Origin: a virus
Lineage: Duplodnaviria; Caudoviricetes
DNA length: 55,347 bases
Virus record (IMG/VR): IMGVR_UViG_3300017988_000845
Location: 1 to 55,347 of that record
Direction: 5' to 3' (one strand)
Shown here one piece after another: positions 1-10,482 of the stretch (the stretch's first letter is position 1; every line of letters starts with the position of its first letter). The notes under the pieces were generated by a model, which was not told the origin of the DNA, did not search any database, and saw nothing but the letters and a program-made list of their open reading frames with translations. The position numbers were made by a program, and so were the translations under genes.

Positions 1-664
1 GACCTTGAATTCCTCCCTGGCCGGGAATGAGTCCTAGTCCCCAGCCATCGACTCCGCCGTCACCACCGCTGGCGGGAGTACCTGGCTGGATCCAACCTCC
101 ACCCCCAGCGCCCTGCCCCGTTATTGTACTGGACCCTCCATTTTGGCCATTGCCGAATCGATGCCCACTTGCACCGCCGCCGCTAGCGTCGGCGCCAGGG
201 TTATTCACACCGCCAAGGCCTCCTGAGGAACTGACGATCCCACCGGAACCAACCCCACCGCTGCTGCCTCCTCCGGTGGCGCTGATGAGACCGCCAAAGG
301 AGGAAGTTCCGCCGGCCGCGAGGGGGGCTAGTCTTCCGGATGCTCCGACGGTGTAGGCGAAAACGTCTCCGGCTTGAACAGAGAGTATGATTTCTTCATA
401 GCCTCCGCCGTTGCCGCCAGCGCCAGCGCCAGCGCCAATGCCGGAGACCGTTGTTCCGCCACCACCGACAACGAAAGCACGTATTGTATGTACGCCCGTA
501 GGAACGGTGAAGTTGCGGGTTCCGGGGTTGGAATCAAACAGCAGGATCGATGCCTTCATGGCACCATTTCCCTGGAGGGTTGCTAATCCTGCTGGTGCAA
601 GGGGTACTTGCTGAATGAAGCTTTTCCCTGTTGGGTAAGGGAACCCGAACATTCCGCGTTGCAT
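1..664 (-). CDS. Glycine-rich tail fibre/receptor-binding-type protein (partial, runs off window start)
   Basis: Not in the ORF track. Read by hand from ATG at 664: MQRGMFGFPYP...FTVPTGVHTIRAFVVGGGG...GGNGGGY...YTVGASG...GGTSSFGGLISATGG, the Gly-rich phage fibre domain pattern. The Pro-rich plus-strand ORFs are its antisense shadow. Confidence 0.75.
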   Translation of the reverse strand, partial: MQRGMFGFPYPTGKSFIQQVPLAPAGLATLQGNGAMKASILLFDSNPGTRNFTVPTGVHTIRAFVVGGGGTTVSGIGAGAGAGGNGGGYEEIILSVQAGDVFAYTVGASGRLAPLAAGGTSSFGGLISATGGGSSGGVGSGGIVSSSGGLGGVNNPGADASGGGASGHRFGNGQNGGSSTITGQGAGGGGWIQPGTPASGGDGGVDGWGLGLIPGQGGIQG

Positions 665-665
665 A

Positions 666-1082
666 TTAGTAGCTCCCGCCTTCGACTTGAACGATGACGC
701 CTGTTTGCGTGATGCTCAAGCCGGCAACCAAAGCCCATCCTGCTGGGAGTGCGATCGGAAATAGATTCGGATTGTCCACCGCTTCCAATGTTTGTCCGGG
801 AAGGGCCTGCCCCGTGGAAGCGGTTTGTATTGGCAATTGCACTTCATTATACAGGAAGTAGCCCGATGTTGCGGTATTGTACCGCCAGAGCAGCACGCTT
901 CCGGATACCGTGGTGGCGACCGGTTGGATGACGATTCGTTCGATCTCGGCGCCGATCGATCCGGATGGAGAGAACACGGTAGCCGTATTCGAGCCGGGAG
1001 CCGCACGCGTCCCAGTGATCGCCGTAGTCAATAAGGCGCCGCTGACAGTTGGCGTGCTGGCGAAATTCGGGGTTGCTGCCAT
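666..1082 (-). CDS. Putative tail fibre-associated virion protein
   Basis: 138 aa, Ala/Thr/Ser/Gly-rich, tightly packed between fibre genes. Confidence 0.55.
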   Translation of the reverse strand: MAATPNFASTPTVSGALLTTAITGTRAAPGSNTATVFSPSGSIGAEIERIVIQPVATTVSGSVLLWRYNTATSGYFLYNEVQLPIQTASTGQALPGQTLEAVDNPNLFPIALPAGWALVAGLSITQTGVIVQVEGGSY

Positions 1083-1090
1083 GATATCTC

Positions 1091-2341
1091 CTAGAGAAGT
1101 AGCCCTTGCATATAAAGAGAAGTATTCCCGGTCGCATTTATGGTTGCCGGTGAGATGCCGCTGTCACCAACGGTGCCGTTCGCATCGAGGAATTCGGCAA
1201 AATTGCCAGTATTAATACTTCCCGAGCCACTGGCCATTGCCACGGTACCTGTCAATGCTGACTGCGTCGGTCCCTGTTTGACCGTTCCGCTGACATCCGC
1301 GAAAACGGCGACATAATTCGGAGTGATACTCCCTGATCCACTGGCCATCGCCACAACGCCGGTCCGCGCCGATTGCGCTGGTCCGTTGGTAACATTGCCG
1401 TGGGTGTCACTGAATTGGGCGAGATTGCCAACGATCGTGCTGCCTGAGCAAGTGACCGACTGGTTCGGTGATGCCGCGGTGATCTGCCACAAGCCGAGAA
1501 CACCTTGGACAGTGACGAGTGCGCCTTGCTGAATGGATAAACTGGAAATACCCGAGGAGTAATTTCCCGGAGTTCCATAGATCAGATCGCTGCCGCTCGC
1601 CACTAATGACAACGCGCCGGATGTTGGATTCACGGTGAAGCTGACGCCATTCGCCGAGGCGACGGCCGGCAATGTCGCGGTACCGGAGGCGCTGAACTGA
1701 ATGGTCTTTCCGCCATGCGTCAGGACAGATAGGATAAGCGACCCCGAAGCTTGAACCGTTTGCGTTGCCCGTGTCGTGGATGCCCGCTGCTGATACGTCG
1801 TATTGATGGCGGTCAGGGTGCTTGCACCCGATGCGATGGTATAGCGTCCGATTTCGAAGGTCGTTTGATTGTCCGGCGCCGTTGTCGATGCCGTCATCGC
1901 CAGGCTATCGACGTTGAGCGCGTAGGCGGTATAGGGAACGAATTGGGGGTTGTAGTCCGGATGCCCGGGCGGCGGTCCCGGAACGGTGTACGGATTCTCC
2001 TGAATCATTGCATACGAGGCCAGGAGATAAGCGGTTACCGCGGCACCGGACGAAGGCACCGTACCTGAGAAATTGACAGTATATGTCGAAGATGTGGCTC
2101 CGCTGACCGTACCGCTCGCGGCGGCTAATACGCCACTGCCGAATAGAACCTGGAACGGCAGGGGAGCCTGGACTGTCGCAATAAGGCCGCTGGTCGTGAT
2201 GCCCACCGATTCCGGATGAATAAGTCCAGGCTTCAATGCGCCGGACGCCGTCTGCGCGAATGATCCGCTGACGGCTCCAGCCGCGGCATTCAATGTCGCG
2301 GCATTCAAATATTCGTACTGGGCGAAGTTCGCGGTTTGCAT
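1091..2341 (-). CDS. Tail fibre / distal baseplate protein
   Basis: 416 aa, immediately downstream of the baseplate wedge genes. The C-terminus has 37-aa repeats of the GNxAxFxDxxGxV type seen in phage fibres. Confidence 0.65.
   Translation of the reverse strand: MQTANFAQYEYLNAATLNAAAGAVSGSFAQTASGALKPGLIHPESVGITTSGLIATVQAPLPFQVLFGSGVLAAASGTVSGATSSTYTVNFSGTVPSSGAAVTAYLLASYAMIQENPYTVPGPPPGHPDYNPQFVPYTAYALNVDSLAMTASTTAPDNQTTFEIGRYTIASGASTLTAINTTYQQRASTTRATQTVQASGSLILSVLTHGGKTIQFSASGTATLPAVASANGVSFTVNPTSGALSLVASGSDLIYGTPGNYSSGISSLSIQQGALVTVQGVLGLWQITAASPNQSVTCSGSTIVGNLAQFSDTHGNVTNGPAQSARTGVVAMASGSGSITPNYVAVFADVSGTVKQGPTQSALTGTVAMASGSGSINTGNFAEFLDANGTVGDSGISPATINATGNTSLYMQGLLL
1160..1445 (-). repeat. 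About 2.6 imperfect tandem copies of a 111-bp (37-aa) coding repeat
   Basis: GSTIVGNLAQFSDTHG..VAMASGS / GSITPNYVAVFADVSG..VAMASGS / GSINTGNFAEFLDANG. The DNA word ccactggccat recurs 111 bp apart. Confidence 0.75.
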
Positions 2342-2369
2342 GGCGTCCCGGCGCGTGTGTGTTCATGCA

Positions 2370-2404
2370 AGATTAGCAGGTGCGTGGGGCGGGCGAGATA
2401 CCTA
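2370..2404 (-). promoter_or_regulatory. Putative late promoter TAGGTAT-N22-TAATCT
   Basis: Copy of the recurrent motif, upstream of the 1091..2341 gene. Confidence 0.7.
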
Positions 2405-3037
2405 CGGGTTGAGTGTTGGATCGACCAGAAGCAGCGTCGGGAGTAATGGCGATGCTGAAGGAGTTGCCGCCGCAAGCGTAGGATAAACCTGGATAACTCC
2501 ATTGCTCAAATAAGCTCCGGTAACGCGCGGGGCATCAAGAAAATTGATCGTATCCAGGTAAGGTCCAGCTCCCATGATATAAGTCGTAAATGGAACGCCG
2601 GCAGGACGAACACGGCTAAGCCCATTGAGCACTGTATTAATTTGAGCAAGATTAGTTTGCGATGTGAACGTAATCGTGTAGCCAAGGGTTCCTGGCGTAT
2701 CAGCGACAATCGTATTCAGTCCATAAACCAAAAGGATGTATGTTTGTATCACACTTGGACTACCGGCCCCGCTCGTTAGACCAAATTCGATTTGCGCGGA
2801 ATATGTTTCATCCGCTTCATTTGATCCACGGGGGAAACCAAACAACAACCCCCAGAAATCCAGCCATCCATACGCGGCACCGGAGAAAGACATCGCGGCA
2901 TCAATGCCGTCCGCACCAACTGCGCCAAGCGACAAAGCGGCGGTAAGGGCATCGAGCCATTGGGTAAACGGTGCCGCCTGCCGCACAAATGTGCTAGGAA
3001 GATCAGTGACCTGTTCTGATACTTGTTGCCAATCCAT
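2402..3037 (-). CDS. Baseplate wedge protein (P2 gpI-like)
   Basis: Follows the J-like gene. WLDFWGLLFGFPR..NEADETY and RPAGV motifs are typical of gpI-like wedge proteins. Confidence 0.7.
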   Translation of the reverse strand: MDWQQVSEQVTDLPSTFVRQAAPFTQWLDALTAALSLGAVGADGIDAAMSFSGAAYGWLDFWGLLFGFPRGSNEADETYSAQIEFGLTSGAGSPSVIQTYILLVYGLNTIVADTPGTLGYTITFTSQTNLAQINTVLNGLSRVRPAGVPFTTYIMGAGPYLDTINFLDAPRVTGAYLSNGVIQVYPTLAAATPSASPLLPTLLLVDPTLNP

Positions 3038-3042
3038 CGGTG

Positions 3043-4212
3043 TTAATCCAATGAGAAGGTAAGGCCGCCAAGAACGACGCGCCCACTGACCGGAGGCGAA
3101 ATGCCATTAACCGCCGTCACCATTCCCGAAGTGGCGTAGAGCGATACCGAGAGAGAATCCATCAGGCCAAGAACAGAGTTGCCGACTGCCGTAGTGAGGA
3201 GTCCGGCCGATCCCGAGGCGCCAAAAGGCAAGGTGAAATAGCCCGATACCGCCGCTGCCATAAGACCGCTGACCGTGGCGTCGGTGGATAGACTGGAAAC
3301 CATGCCGGATATACCGACATAGGCATAGGTTGGTATTACGCCAGATATCGTGTAGGGAACACCGGCGTCACGATATTGTTTTCCGGTTCCGCTTATCCCG
3401 CCATTCAGAAATGTGGTGACGGCGGCGATCAAACTGGCCGATGCGGACCCCGTGCCATTGTCAATGATCAATGTCCAACTGGCGGTGCCTGATCCGGCAC
3501 CCGATCCCGCGAAGGCGAATGGTTCATAGCATGTCGCGAAGCGGACGACTTCCCCTGTTCCCGAAGACGTGACCCCGATTGCCGCGTTGGCGATAGCGTA
3601 GGGTGATGCGGCGGGAATGGCACCGACCGTTGAATAGAATCGCGCCAGCGTCTGGCTGAATTGTTCCGCAGGCGCGCCACCTGAGAATACGTTCGGATTG
3701 GTCACGAACAGGGGGTAAAGAAGCCCGGTGACGATCTGCGTAATGCCACTCGCCGGTACATTCCCGGTTGTTCCACCGACGGCCGCCAAAGCCGGAACGA
3801 GAACGGTTGCCGCGCCACTTGCCAATGTACCGGAAGCGGTCGTCGAAAATTGAATTCCCCCAGGCGTTTGGATAATGGTTCCGGAAGGAATGAAAACATT
3901 CTGCGTAGCCGCCGGTGGGGAGGCCAGGGTGCTTGTCATGAATTGCGCGAGACCGGATGCGGGCATGACGGGGTAGGGAGAAATGCCGAGCAGCCCCATT
4001 GCGCCATAAATCAGGGCTTGCGCTGCCGCGGCCTGCGTCCAGGCGCCTTGCATCTCGACAACGGAGCCGATGCTCTCGGCAATTGTCCTGATCTGCGATC
4101 CACTGTTGTAATCCGTAAGGACCCCGGACAGAGCGGCCATCGAGGCAAGAAGTTGAGAAGCGACATCCTGCGTTGATGGCGGCGCGGCGACGGTCGGTTC
4201 GAGCGTGGTCAT
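3043..4212 (-). CDS. Baseplate J-like wedge protein
   Basis: TDYNSGSQIRTIAES, IPSGT, GGTTGNVPAS.IT, VTNP..FSGG..E are baseplate J motifs. Confidence 0.85.
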   Translation of the reverse strand: MTTLEPTVAAPPSTQDVASQLLASMAALSGVLTDYNSGSQIRTIAESIGSVVEMQGAWTQAAAAQALIYGAMGLLGISPYPVMPASGLAQFMTSTLASPPAATQNVFIPSGTIIQTPGGIQFSTTASGTLASGAATVLVPALAAVGGTTGNVPASGITQIVTGLLYPLFVTNPNVFSGGAPAEQFSQTLARFYSTVGAIPAASPYAIANAAIGVTSSGTGEVVRFATCYEPFAFAGSGAGSGTASWTLIIDNGTGSASASLIAAVTTFLNGGISGTGKQYRDAGVPYTISGVIPTYAYVGISGMVSSLSTDATVSGLMAAAVSGYFTLPFGASGSAGLLTTAVGNSVLGLMDSLSVSLYATSGMVTAVNGISPPVSGRVVLGGLTFSLD

Positions 4213-5654
4213 GTTCCTATTACCTCATTGACGCTGGCATTCTGTTGCCCGTTGCCGATCGGTTGAACATTGGCGGTGAATTGTATACTTGTTCCGGAAA
4301 GAAGGTTAGCTATGGCGGAGGGCACAGAACGAACGCGCGGATCGGATAGCAATGCACTCTTGCCGAATGCATTGATCTGCGCGGCGGAAGAAGCATCCGA
4401 GATGGCGCCAATCTCCGCCGGTATCCGGCTCCCATAGGCGCCGTGATAAATGAGACTTCCCAATGGCGTTTGGAGTCTTCGCCCGAGCGCCCAGGCTAGA
4501 TTGCTGATTCCAGTGATCGTTTGGAAATCTCCCGTCCAGGCGGGCATACTGCCATTGATCGGTCCGACATAAAGATCAGTTCCCAGGAAATTGTCGTTGT
4601 AAGATGGCGGGATTCCCGCGGCGGAGCTGGATACGCCCGGGGATGGAAGGATCAATGTCGATCCCCACGCGGCTACGCCCGGGGATTCCTGTGCTGCCGT
4701 GTAGGGTGGCTGTAATCCATTGAGCGTGGCGATCTGCGTCCAGAGTTCAAAATTTCCAAGAGCACGAGCCGCTACGTCCATCAAGGTCTCGCCGTTGAGT
4801 AAGACGGTCTGTTGAATCTGCGCAGTGGGTGGTGTGCCCAGGACAAGCAGCAACGTGGCGATTTGATTGGCTATGGTCAGCAATGCATAGCGCATGGCAA
4901 CCGATTGTTGGTTCGCTTGATTCGAGGGATTGCCATTCAGAACCGCCGCATCGGCAACCATCGCTGTCAGCGTTACGATCTGGTTCCAGGCGTTGGTGAA
5001 GCCGACGTCAAAGGCGACTGGACCCGAGCCAAAGGAATTGATGAAATAGGCCGCTTCCTGCGCGCAAAGATATTGGCGAAAGGCCACATCGCGCAATTGG
5101 GTAGGCATGCTGCCTTGCGATACGGCTATCGCATTGAACACTACGTCGAACGCATTGGCGCAGGCGGCCGCATCGGCGGCAAAGGTCGCTGAAGTCAGGC
5201 CGAGCGGTGGAGTCTCATAGGCAAACGCCTCATAGAATTCCAGCAATCCGGAATAAGGAATGGCTGGTACGCCGGAAGAAAGAGCGCTGCCTGTCGGGAA
5301 TGGCGGTTGCGGAGCTATGGCCGTCAATGCCGGCGCCGCAGTCTGATAAGCTGCCAAGCGTGCATTAAAATAGGTTGCGGAAAGCGGATCAACCCCACTA
5401 AGAGGCAAGACGGATACCGCCAATAGATTGCTCGCTTCGGCCTGCCATGCCCGCCCGATTGAATATGCGTTGATGGCATCAACCGCATTGAGCAGGGTAC
5501 TCAACATGGTCTTGGAGATGCTTACCGTAGTCGCCGGTGATGCCAACGCCGCGGGAGATGTTATCTGGCCGAGATAATAGCCCAACGCGGCATAGGTCGC
5601 TTGCCAGACTTGCCCTGTGTATCCGCCAAAGGTGTATCCGCTGGTGCTCGTCAT
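4209..5654 (-). CDS. Baseplate protein with LysM-like domain and C-terminal gp25/gpW-like domain
   Basis: GETLMDVAARALGNFELWTQIATLNGL is LysM-like. GDFQTITGISNL..ALGRRLQTPLGSLIYH..YGS..LLSDPRV is gp25-like. Start may be 5654 or 5660. Confidence 0.75.
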   Translation of the reverse strand: MTSTSGYTFGGYTGQVWQATYAALGYYLGQITSPAALASPATTVSISKTMLSTLLNAVDAINAYSIGRAWQAEASNLLAVSVLPLSGVDPLSATYFNARLAAYQTAAPALTAIAPQPPFPTGSALSSGVPAIPYSGLLEFYEAFAYETPPLGLTSATFAADAAACANAFDVVFNAIAVSQGSMPTQLRDVAFRQYLCAQEAAYFINSFGSGPVAFDVGFTNAWNQIVTLTAMVADAAVLNGNPSNQANQQSVAMRYALLTIANQIATLLLVLGTPPTAQIQQTVLLNGETLMDVAARALGNFELWTQIATLNGLQPPYTAAQESPGVAAWGSTLILPSPGVSSSAAGIPPSYNDNFLGTDLYVGPINGSMPAWTGDFQTITGISNLAWALGRRLQTPLGSLIYHGAYGSRIPAEIGAISDASSAAQINAFGKSALLSDPRVRSVPSAIANLLSGTSIQFTANVQPIGNGQQNASVNEVIGT

Positions 5655-5656
5655 GA

Positions 5657-6406
5657 TCATAATCCCAAAGCGGAAGCGCCCGGTGTGCTTGGAGCATAGG
5701 CTGTGAGAATAGCATTAAGCGATGAACTGAGATTGCCGAGTAATTGTCCGGCGCTTGTGCTAAGTAAGGTGTTGATTGGATCAGCACCCACTGGAAGCGC
5801 GGGCGCCTGCCCGAGATCAACAATCCCCGCCAACCGGAATGAATACTCGGCAAGGAGGGGCCTGGCGGCAGATTGTCTTATTGGATCCTGCTTGCCAATC
5901 GGCTCTACCTGCCAATAGTCGTCGAGAAAATAATCATAGAATTCTAATACGTATAACGGCTGGTTATTGATCGCTTGCCCAGTATTCAATTGCGCATAGA
6001 GAAGCAGAAATTGTTGCAGGGCAAGGATTGAATCGATGCCTGTATAGGAATATCCATCGGTGGCGTGGAGTTGCCATCCCGTTGTTCCTTCAATCGTGAA
6101 TGTAACAGGGGAATTCCCATAGGCATCCACTTTACGCTGAACACCGGCCTGTGCCTGAGTCCCTGCCACATCGTAAATATTGGACATCGCCGTATAATCA
6201 CGAAACAATGAAGAAGGCGACAGAGGGAAGGTGTAGGAGGCATAGATAGCGGTGGAGGGCTGTGGCCCAACGATCGCCAGGGCATACAGCGCTGATCGTG
6301 TATTTGGAACGGGGTGATTCTGGAACGATTGCCCGGGGCTGTTGGCTCCTGGAGAAAGAGCCTGCGCCGCGAGACCGGCAATGCCGGTGAGAATGCCCGT
6401 TGTCAT
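5657..6406 (-). CDS. Putative baseplate / tail tube initiator protein
   Basis: YTFPLSPSSL...VDAYG..P.TFTIEGTTG pattern and position in the baseplate module. Confidence 0.55.
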   Translation of the reverse strand: MTTGILTGIAGLAAQALSPGANSPGQSFQNHPVPNTRSALYALAIVGPQPSTAIYASYTFPLSPSSLFRDYTAMSNIYDVAGTQAQAGVQRKVDAYGNSPVTFTIEGTTGWQLHATDGYSYTGIDSILALQQFLLLYAQLNTGQAINNQPLYVLEFYDYFLDDYWQVEPIGKQDPIRQSAARPLLAEYSFRLAGIVDLGQAPALPVGADPINTLLSTSAGQLLGNLSSSLNAILTAYAPSTPGASALGL

Positions 6407-8235
6407 TGAAGCACCGCGATTGAATCATTCATGCTGCTGGCGGCGTATAAATGTCCAGCCAACCATTCCAGCGCCGAGAGGCCATTGACCGCAGTCTGAA
6501 GTTGCCCAGGGAACTGTAATACGCTACCACTGGAAGAAACAACAGCACCACTTGTGTATGTATAGAATAGATTGCCGAAGATGACGACCGACACATTTCC
6601 TGATGGATCCCACGCAATCGCATCGGGGATCTGGTTTGCGCCGAGTGTGCCGGAATGCCATGTTCCACTGGCATAGACGGACAGAGCACCATATCTCGTG
6701 CGCGCAGGCGTGAAAGGCGCGGTGAAGTTGTACTGCCACGCTGCTCCGGACCCGGCGACAAAGATGTCCTGGAATCCATTCACATAAGCGCCAAGAACCA
6801 TCGCCGTCGTTCCAGAGGGGGCGGAGACGGTTCCGTATGCGCCATAGGTGGAACCGATGGGTCCAAAAGCGCGGAGAAGATTATTCACTCCGTCGGCGAC
6901 AAGGGTCTGGCTGCGGAAAGAAATTACCCCGCTGGCGCTTCCGGCAAAGGAACCCGAACCAACCACGGCAAATCCGGAGACCACCGCGTAAAGACCGGAG
7001 CTTCCTGAAGTTCCGGCCGCATAAATGTTTTCGTATTGATCCACATACAATGAACCTGGGATGAATCCAAGAGCGACGGTCGACGCAACGGACCATGCTC
7101 CTGATGAAGACAGCCCCATGACCGCCAGGCCCGAACCGCATCCGACGACGGCGCCGGAAGGAGCGTACATAGCCACGGATGTTGCCTGCGCGATAGACAG
7201 CGCGATGCCGGACGACCAGACCCCCGATGCGGTCGCTGAGAGCGGTGTGACCTTGTTTTGCGATGGTTGACAGACAAGAGCGTTCTGGGATGATGCTTCG
7301 ATCGCAACCGCGGTTGCTCCGGAGACCGTAATAGTCTGGGAAGCGGACAAAAGACCGACCGAGTAGGCAAGCACCTTCACATTGCCAGATACCACGTCGC
7401 AAGTAATAGCCTGCTGCCCGTTGGGTACCCAAGCCACATAGGATGGATGCCCAAGGCCGGAGAGCACCGAACCAAATGCCCAGGTGCCGGGAACCGCCGT
7501 CAGGTCCCACACACTGACCGATCCTCCCGAAACGGTAGGGGTAGTGCCCAGGAGGATCGAGCTGAGACTTCCGCCGCCCCCGATCGCCATTGAGGTAAAG
7601 CCGGAACCAAGAACGCCCCAATTCCAACCGCCGACGGCCACCGCTGATGCCGATGATGACGCGGCCAGACAGGTCGGTACGTTCATCTGCGATGAAACCT
7701 GGCCGGAAGTCCCGGTCCCTGATGCGATAAGCGTGACGTAACCCAGATTGCCACTCACCGGATCGATAGAGAAGAGGGTTGATCCCGATGTGGCCAGGGA
7801 CCGGACGGACGATGTTCCGAATGCCGGGGCGATCGTGCGCAGAACACCGCCCGATGCCGCATAGATCGCACCGGAAGTGCTTAGCGCGTAGGCACCGGAA
7901 TATGCTGAAACATAAGCCCCGCCAACCCAGATCGGTGAAGCCCCGCTTGCTGTATATGAGACTACGGCGCCGGATACCGGAAGATTGAGTAAGGCACCGC
8001 TTGTCTGAAGAACCCAGGCGCCAGAACTTGCATCGGTGAACCCGGCGACAAAGCCATTGCCCGATACTCCGACGGCGCCGGAGACATTGAGCGCAGTCAA
8101 TCCCGATACCGCCGGCGCGAATAGCCATGCCGCATCGGCGAAGATTAATGGGTCGACGACGCCGGAGCCTTGCACGGCGAGCGCCATGGACTTCAGCGAG
8201 GCGTTCGGAGGAGGACGGTAATAGAGCGCGCTCAT
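6403..8235 (-). CDS. Ser/Gly-rich, probably beta-rich (propeller-like) virion protein
   Basis: 610 aa, short beta-strand/turn pattern, about 37 SG dipeptides, very few charged residues, preceded by the late-promoter-like motif. Confidence 0.6.
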   Translation of the reverse strand: MSALYYRPPPNASLKSMALAVQGSGVVDPLIFADAAWLFAPAVSGLTALNVSGAVGVSGNGFVAGFTDASSGAWVLQTSGALLNLPVSGAVVSYTASGASPIWVGGAYVSAYSGAYALSTSGAIYAASGGVLRTIAPAFGTSSVRSLATSGSTLFSIDPVSGNLGYVTLIASGTGTSGQVSSQMNVPTCLAASSSASAVAVGGWNWGVLGSGFTSMAIGGGGSLSSILLGTTPTVSGGSVSVWDLTAVPGTWAFGSVLSGLGHPSYVAWVPNGQQAITCDVVSGNVKVLAYSVGLLSASQTITVSGATAVAIEASSQNALVCQPSQNKVTPLSATASGVWSSGIALSIAQATSVAMYAPSGAVVGCGSGLAVMGLSSSGAWSVASTVALGFIPGSLYVDQYENIYAAGTSGSSGLYAVVSGFAVVGSGSFAGSASGVISFRSQTLVADGVNNLLRAFGPIGSTYGAYGTVSAPSGTTAMVLGAYVNGFQDIFVAGSGAAWQYNFTAPFTPARTRYGALSVYASGTWHSGTLGANQIPDAIAWDPSGNVSVVIFGNLFYTYTSGAVVSSSGSVLQFPGQLQTAVNGLSALEWLAGHLYAASSMNDSIAVLQ

Positions 8236-8241
8236 ATCAAT

Positions 8242-8276
8242 ATCCTAATGGGGATGCATTCTCTTGGGGATGCCTG
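8242..8276 (-). promoter_or_regulatory. Putative late promoter CAGGCAT-N22-TAGGAT (probably leaderless transcript)
   Basis: Variant of the recurrent motif. ATG at 8235 lies 6 nt after the -10 hexamer, with no Shine-Dalgarno. Confidence 0.55.
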
Positions 8277-8435
8277 CGCGGTTTGTTCGTGACGGCTAGT
8301 ATCCCCGCGAATGGTGTGGTCGTGCTATTTTCTATTTATCGCTCTTGCTGGACGAGTGCCGATGGCTGTTTCTACGATTGAACTGGCATAGGTCGTCATG
8401 ACTCAGATGCGGTATCATCTGAGGGCAATCAAGGA

Positions 8436-8870
8436 ATGAATGCGATGCTTGGATCGAAGTCTATCGTTGCTTTATGCCTATTTTTAGGAATCATTGGCAC
8501 CGCGCACGCACAATCCGCAGCCGGATTCCTGGTCGTTTCGTCCTGTACCTCTGTGCCGAGTTCTCAATTGCCTTATGTCATTGGTTCGGTTCATCCTGGG
8601 ACGATGGACCCTTACGGTAATATCTGCAATTTTGATTCACCCTTCATGGGTAGTATCGCCATGACCGACGGCACGGTCTATACGGCGCAACGCTCGATTG
8701 GTTTCAATTGCACCGTGGCTGGTAATGTCATTGTCACATTCTGGGATGGCTCGACGACGCAAGTACCGCTCGGTGTCGGTTGGCAAACATTCCCGTTTGC
8801 AGCGGTGAAATGGACGGCCAGCGGAGTCAGTGGCTCGGCTGCGACGGCAACGGCGGTGAATCTGAGATGA
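8436..8870 (+). CDS. Secreted protein (signal peptide)
   Basis: KSIVALCLFLGIIGTAHA|Q has a hydrophobic core and an AxA cleavage site. Confidence 0.7.
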   Translation: MNAMLGSKSIVALCLFLGIIGTAHAQSAAGFLVVSSCTSVPSSQLPYVIGSVHPGTMDPYGNICNFDSPFMGSIAMTDGTVYTAQRSIGFNCTVAGNVIVTFWDGSTTQVPLGVGWQTFPFAAVKWTASGVSGSAATATAVNLR

Positions 8871-10144
8871 CGATCATGAAGATTTGCAGAGCGAGCACGC
8901 TCGCCGTCCTGGCATTTGGCCTGTGGATTGCCGCCACGACATCGGTGGAAGCCGTTCCGCCGGGGACGCCTCCGCCTAGCGACGGCGTGCCATTTATTCT
9001 CGACGGTGCGGCCAACAGCCTCTACATCGGATCGAGCACGCAGAATGCCGGGACGACCGGCACCAGCAATATTATCCTCGGTACTCTTGGAACTGGCCAA
9101 AGCCTCACTTACAATTCGAGTGGTGGCGAGCCGGCAAAATACAGCGGAAATATTCTTATCGGCTCCAATAGTCTCGTCAATGTCACGACCATGCGCAGCA
9201 TTTGGTCTATTGGCAATTATAATGGTAATGCGTTGACCGGCGGCTGTAATAGCAATGCAACTGAAGATGGCTATGTAGCCATGATGGGCGAATTCGTATT
9301 TGACAATGCTGTGTGCGATGGTTCTGGTGGCGCAACAAACATGGTGGGTATTGGGTTAAAGGTCGTTGACAATGCGCTCCACCCGTCACTTCTAACGGCA
9401 TTTGGAACGCACACAGGTCAGGCTGTTACTGGAACTATTTACGACGCGGCACTTAACGGCCCAGAAATCTTGGATGGCGGTGGGGTAAATAATAGCAATG
9501 TCAACGCAAACAATTTGGATATTTCGGGCGATCACATTATGAGCGCTGTGATTCCGGCGAATACTACGATTGCGAATAACACAATCCATGGGTCGGGGGC
9601 TTGCATTTATTGTAGCGTCACTAATAATGCCACAATAACCGGTGCCGCTGCTGGTCAGTATGATAATACAACGGGTGGTGATGCTTTGTATGGGGAAACG
9701 GTTTTTCCACAAAACTTCACATCAACTGGTATTATTTCGTCTTTTGGTATTAACACTGGGTTTCATGCGACGACGGCTGGTAATGTTGCTATCTTCGGCG
9801 GCTACGGCGCGTGGGAAGCAACAACTCTCCAGCATGTTGCCATCTTCGGAGACAGCACGGCGCCAACTTGCACGGATTGCGAACACATCGCCTTGTTCGG
9901 CGATGCCGTGGATGTCCCGAACGCGACGACCACCTATTACATGAACTTGGACAACATCATCAAGACTACGGGCACCGGCACACCTTCAACATCAAACACA
10001 ACAGTTGCGGGCAACCTGTCTTTTGTAGGAACGCTTTCTTCCGGTTCGACACAGGGACTTGCTTCAAAGACTTGCACGATTTCAGCATTGGGTGCGTCAT
10101 TGACAATAACAAACGGCATTGTGACAGCCGCAAGCGGCTGTTGA
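8867..10144 (+). CDS. Signal-peptide-bearing adhesin/fibre-like beta-repeat protein
   Basis: Start re-called at 8867 (ATGA overlap). KICRASTLAVLAFGLWIAATTSVEA is a signal peptide, followed by NxxIG/VAIFG repeats and a fibre-like ending LTITNGIVTA. Confidence 0.65.
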   Translation: MTIMKICRASTLAVLAFGLWIAATTSVEAVPPGTPPPSDGVPFILDGAANSLYIGSSTQNAGTTGTSNIILGTLGTGQSLTYNSSGGEPAKYSGNILIGSNSLVNVTTMRSIWSIGNYNGNALTGGCNSNATEDGYVAMMGEFVFDNAVCDGSGGATNMVGIGLKVVDNALHPSLLTAFGTHTGQAVTGTIYDAALNGPEILDGGGVNNSNVNANNLDISGDHIMSAVIPANTTIANNTIHGSGACIYCSVTNNATITGAAAGQYDNTTGGDALYGETVFPQNFTSTGIISSFGINTGFHATTAGNVAIFGGYGAWEATTLQHVAIFGDSTAPTCTDCEHIALFGDAVDVPNATTTYYMNLDNIIKTTGTGTPSTSNTTVAGNLSFVGTLSSGSTQGLASKTCTISALGASLTITNGIVTAASGC

Positions 10145-10194
10145 TCGGTAGTATGTTTCAATCGAATATCTTAACGATGAGGCAGGAGTTAATG

Positions 10195-10482
10195 ATGTTG
10201 TTCAGAATGCCCTACGCGATCACGCTGTTCATTTTTCTGCTCTTACCCAGCTACGCCATCAGTGCTGAAACGGAAAACGTGCCGCTGCGGCCGATAGAGA
10301 ACAGCTTGATTATCACGGTTGGCGTTGGGCGGATACTGCTCGTTATTCACGAGGATGGAACAATTGAACATGGGCCGGCATTTAAGACAGACAGTCAAGC
10401 TGCCCGTGCCTTTTGGAAAGCTGTTCAATATAACTTTCCAAAACTTTGCAAACAGAACAAGATAAACGGAGATACAAAATAA
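10195..10482 (+). CDS. Small secreted protein
   Basis: AGGAG RBS. RMPYAITLFIFLLLPSYAISA is signal-like. The ORF-track start at 9811 is too far upstream. Confidence 0.55.
   Translation: MLFRMPYAITLFIFLLLPSYAISAETENVPLRPIENSLIITVGVGRILLVIHEDGTIEHGPAFKTDSQAARAFWKAVQYNFPKLCKQNKINGDTK

Noticed and set aside
27-614. Pro-rich plus-strand ORFs
   Set aside because: They are antisense shadows of the Gly-rich minus-strand gene starting at 664.
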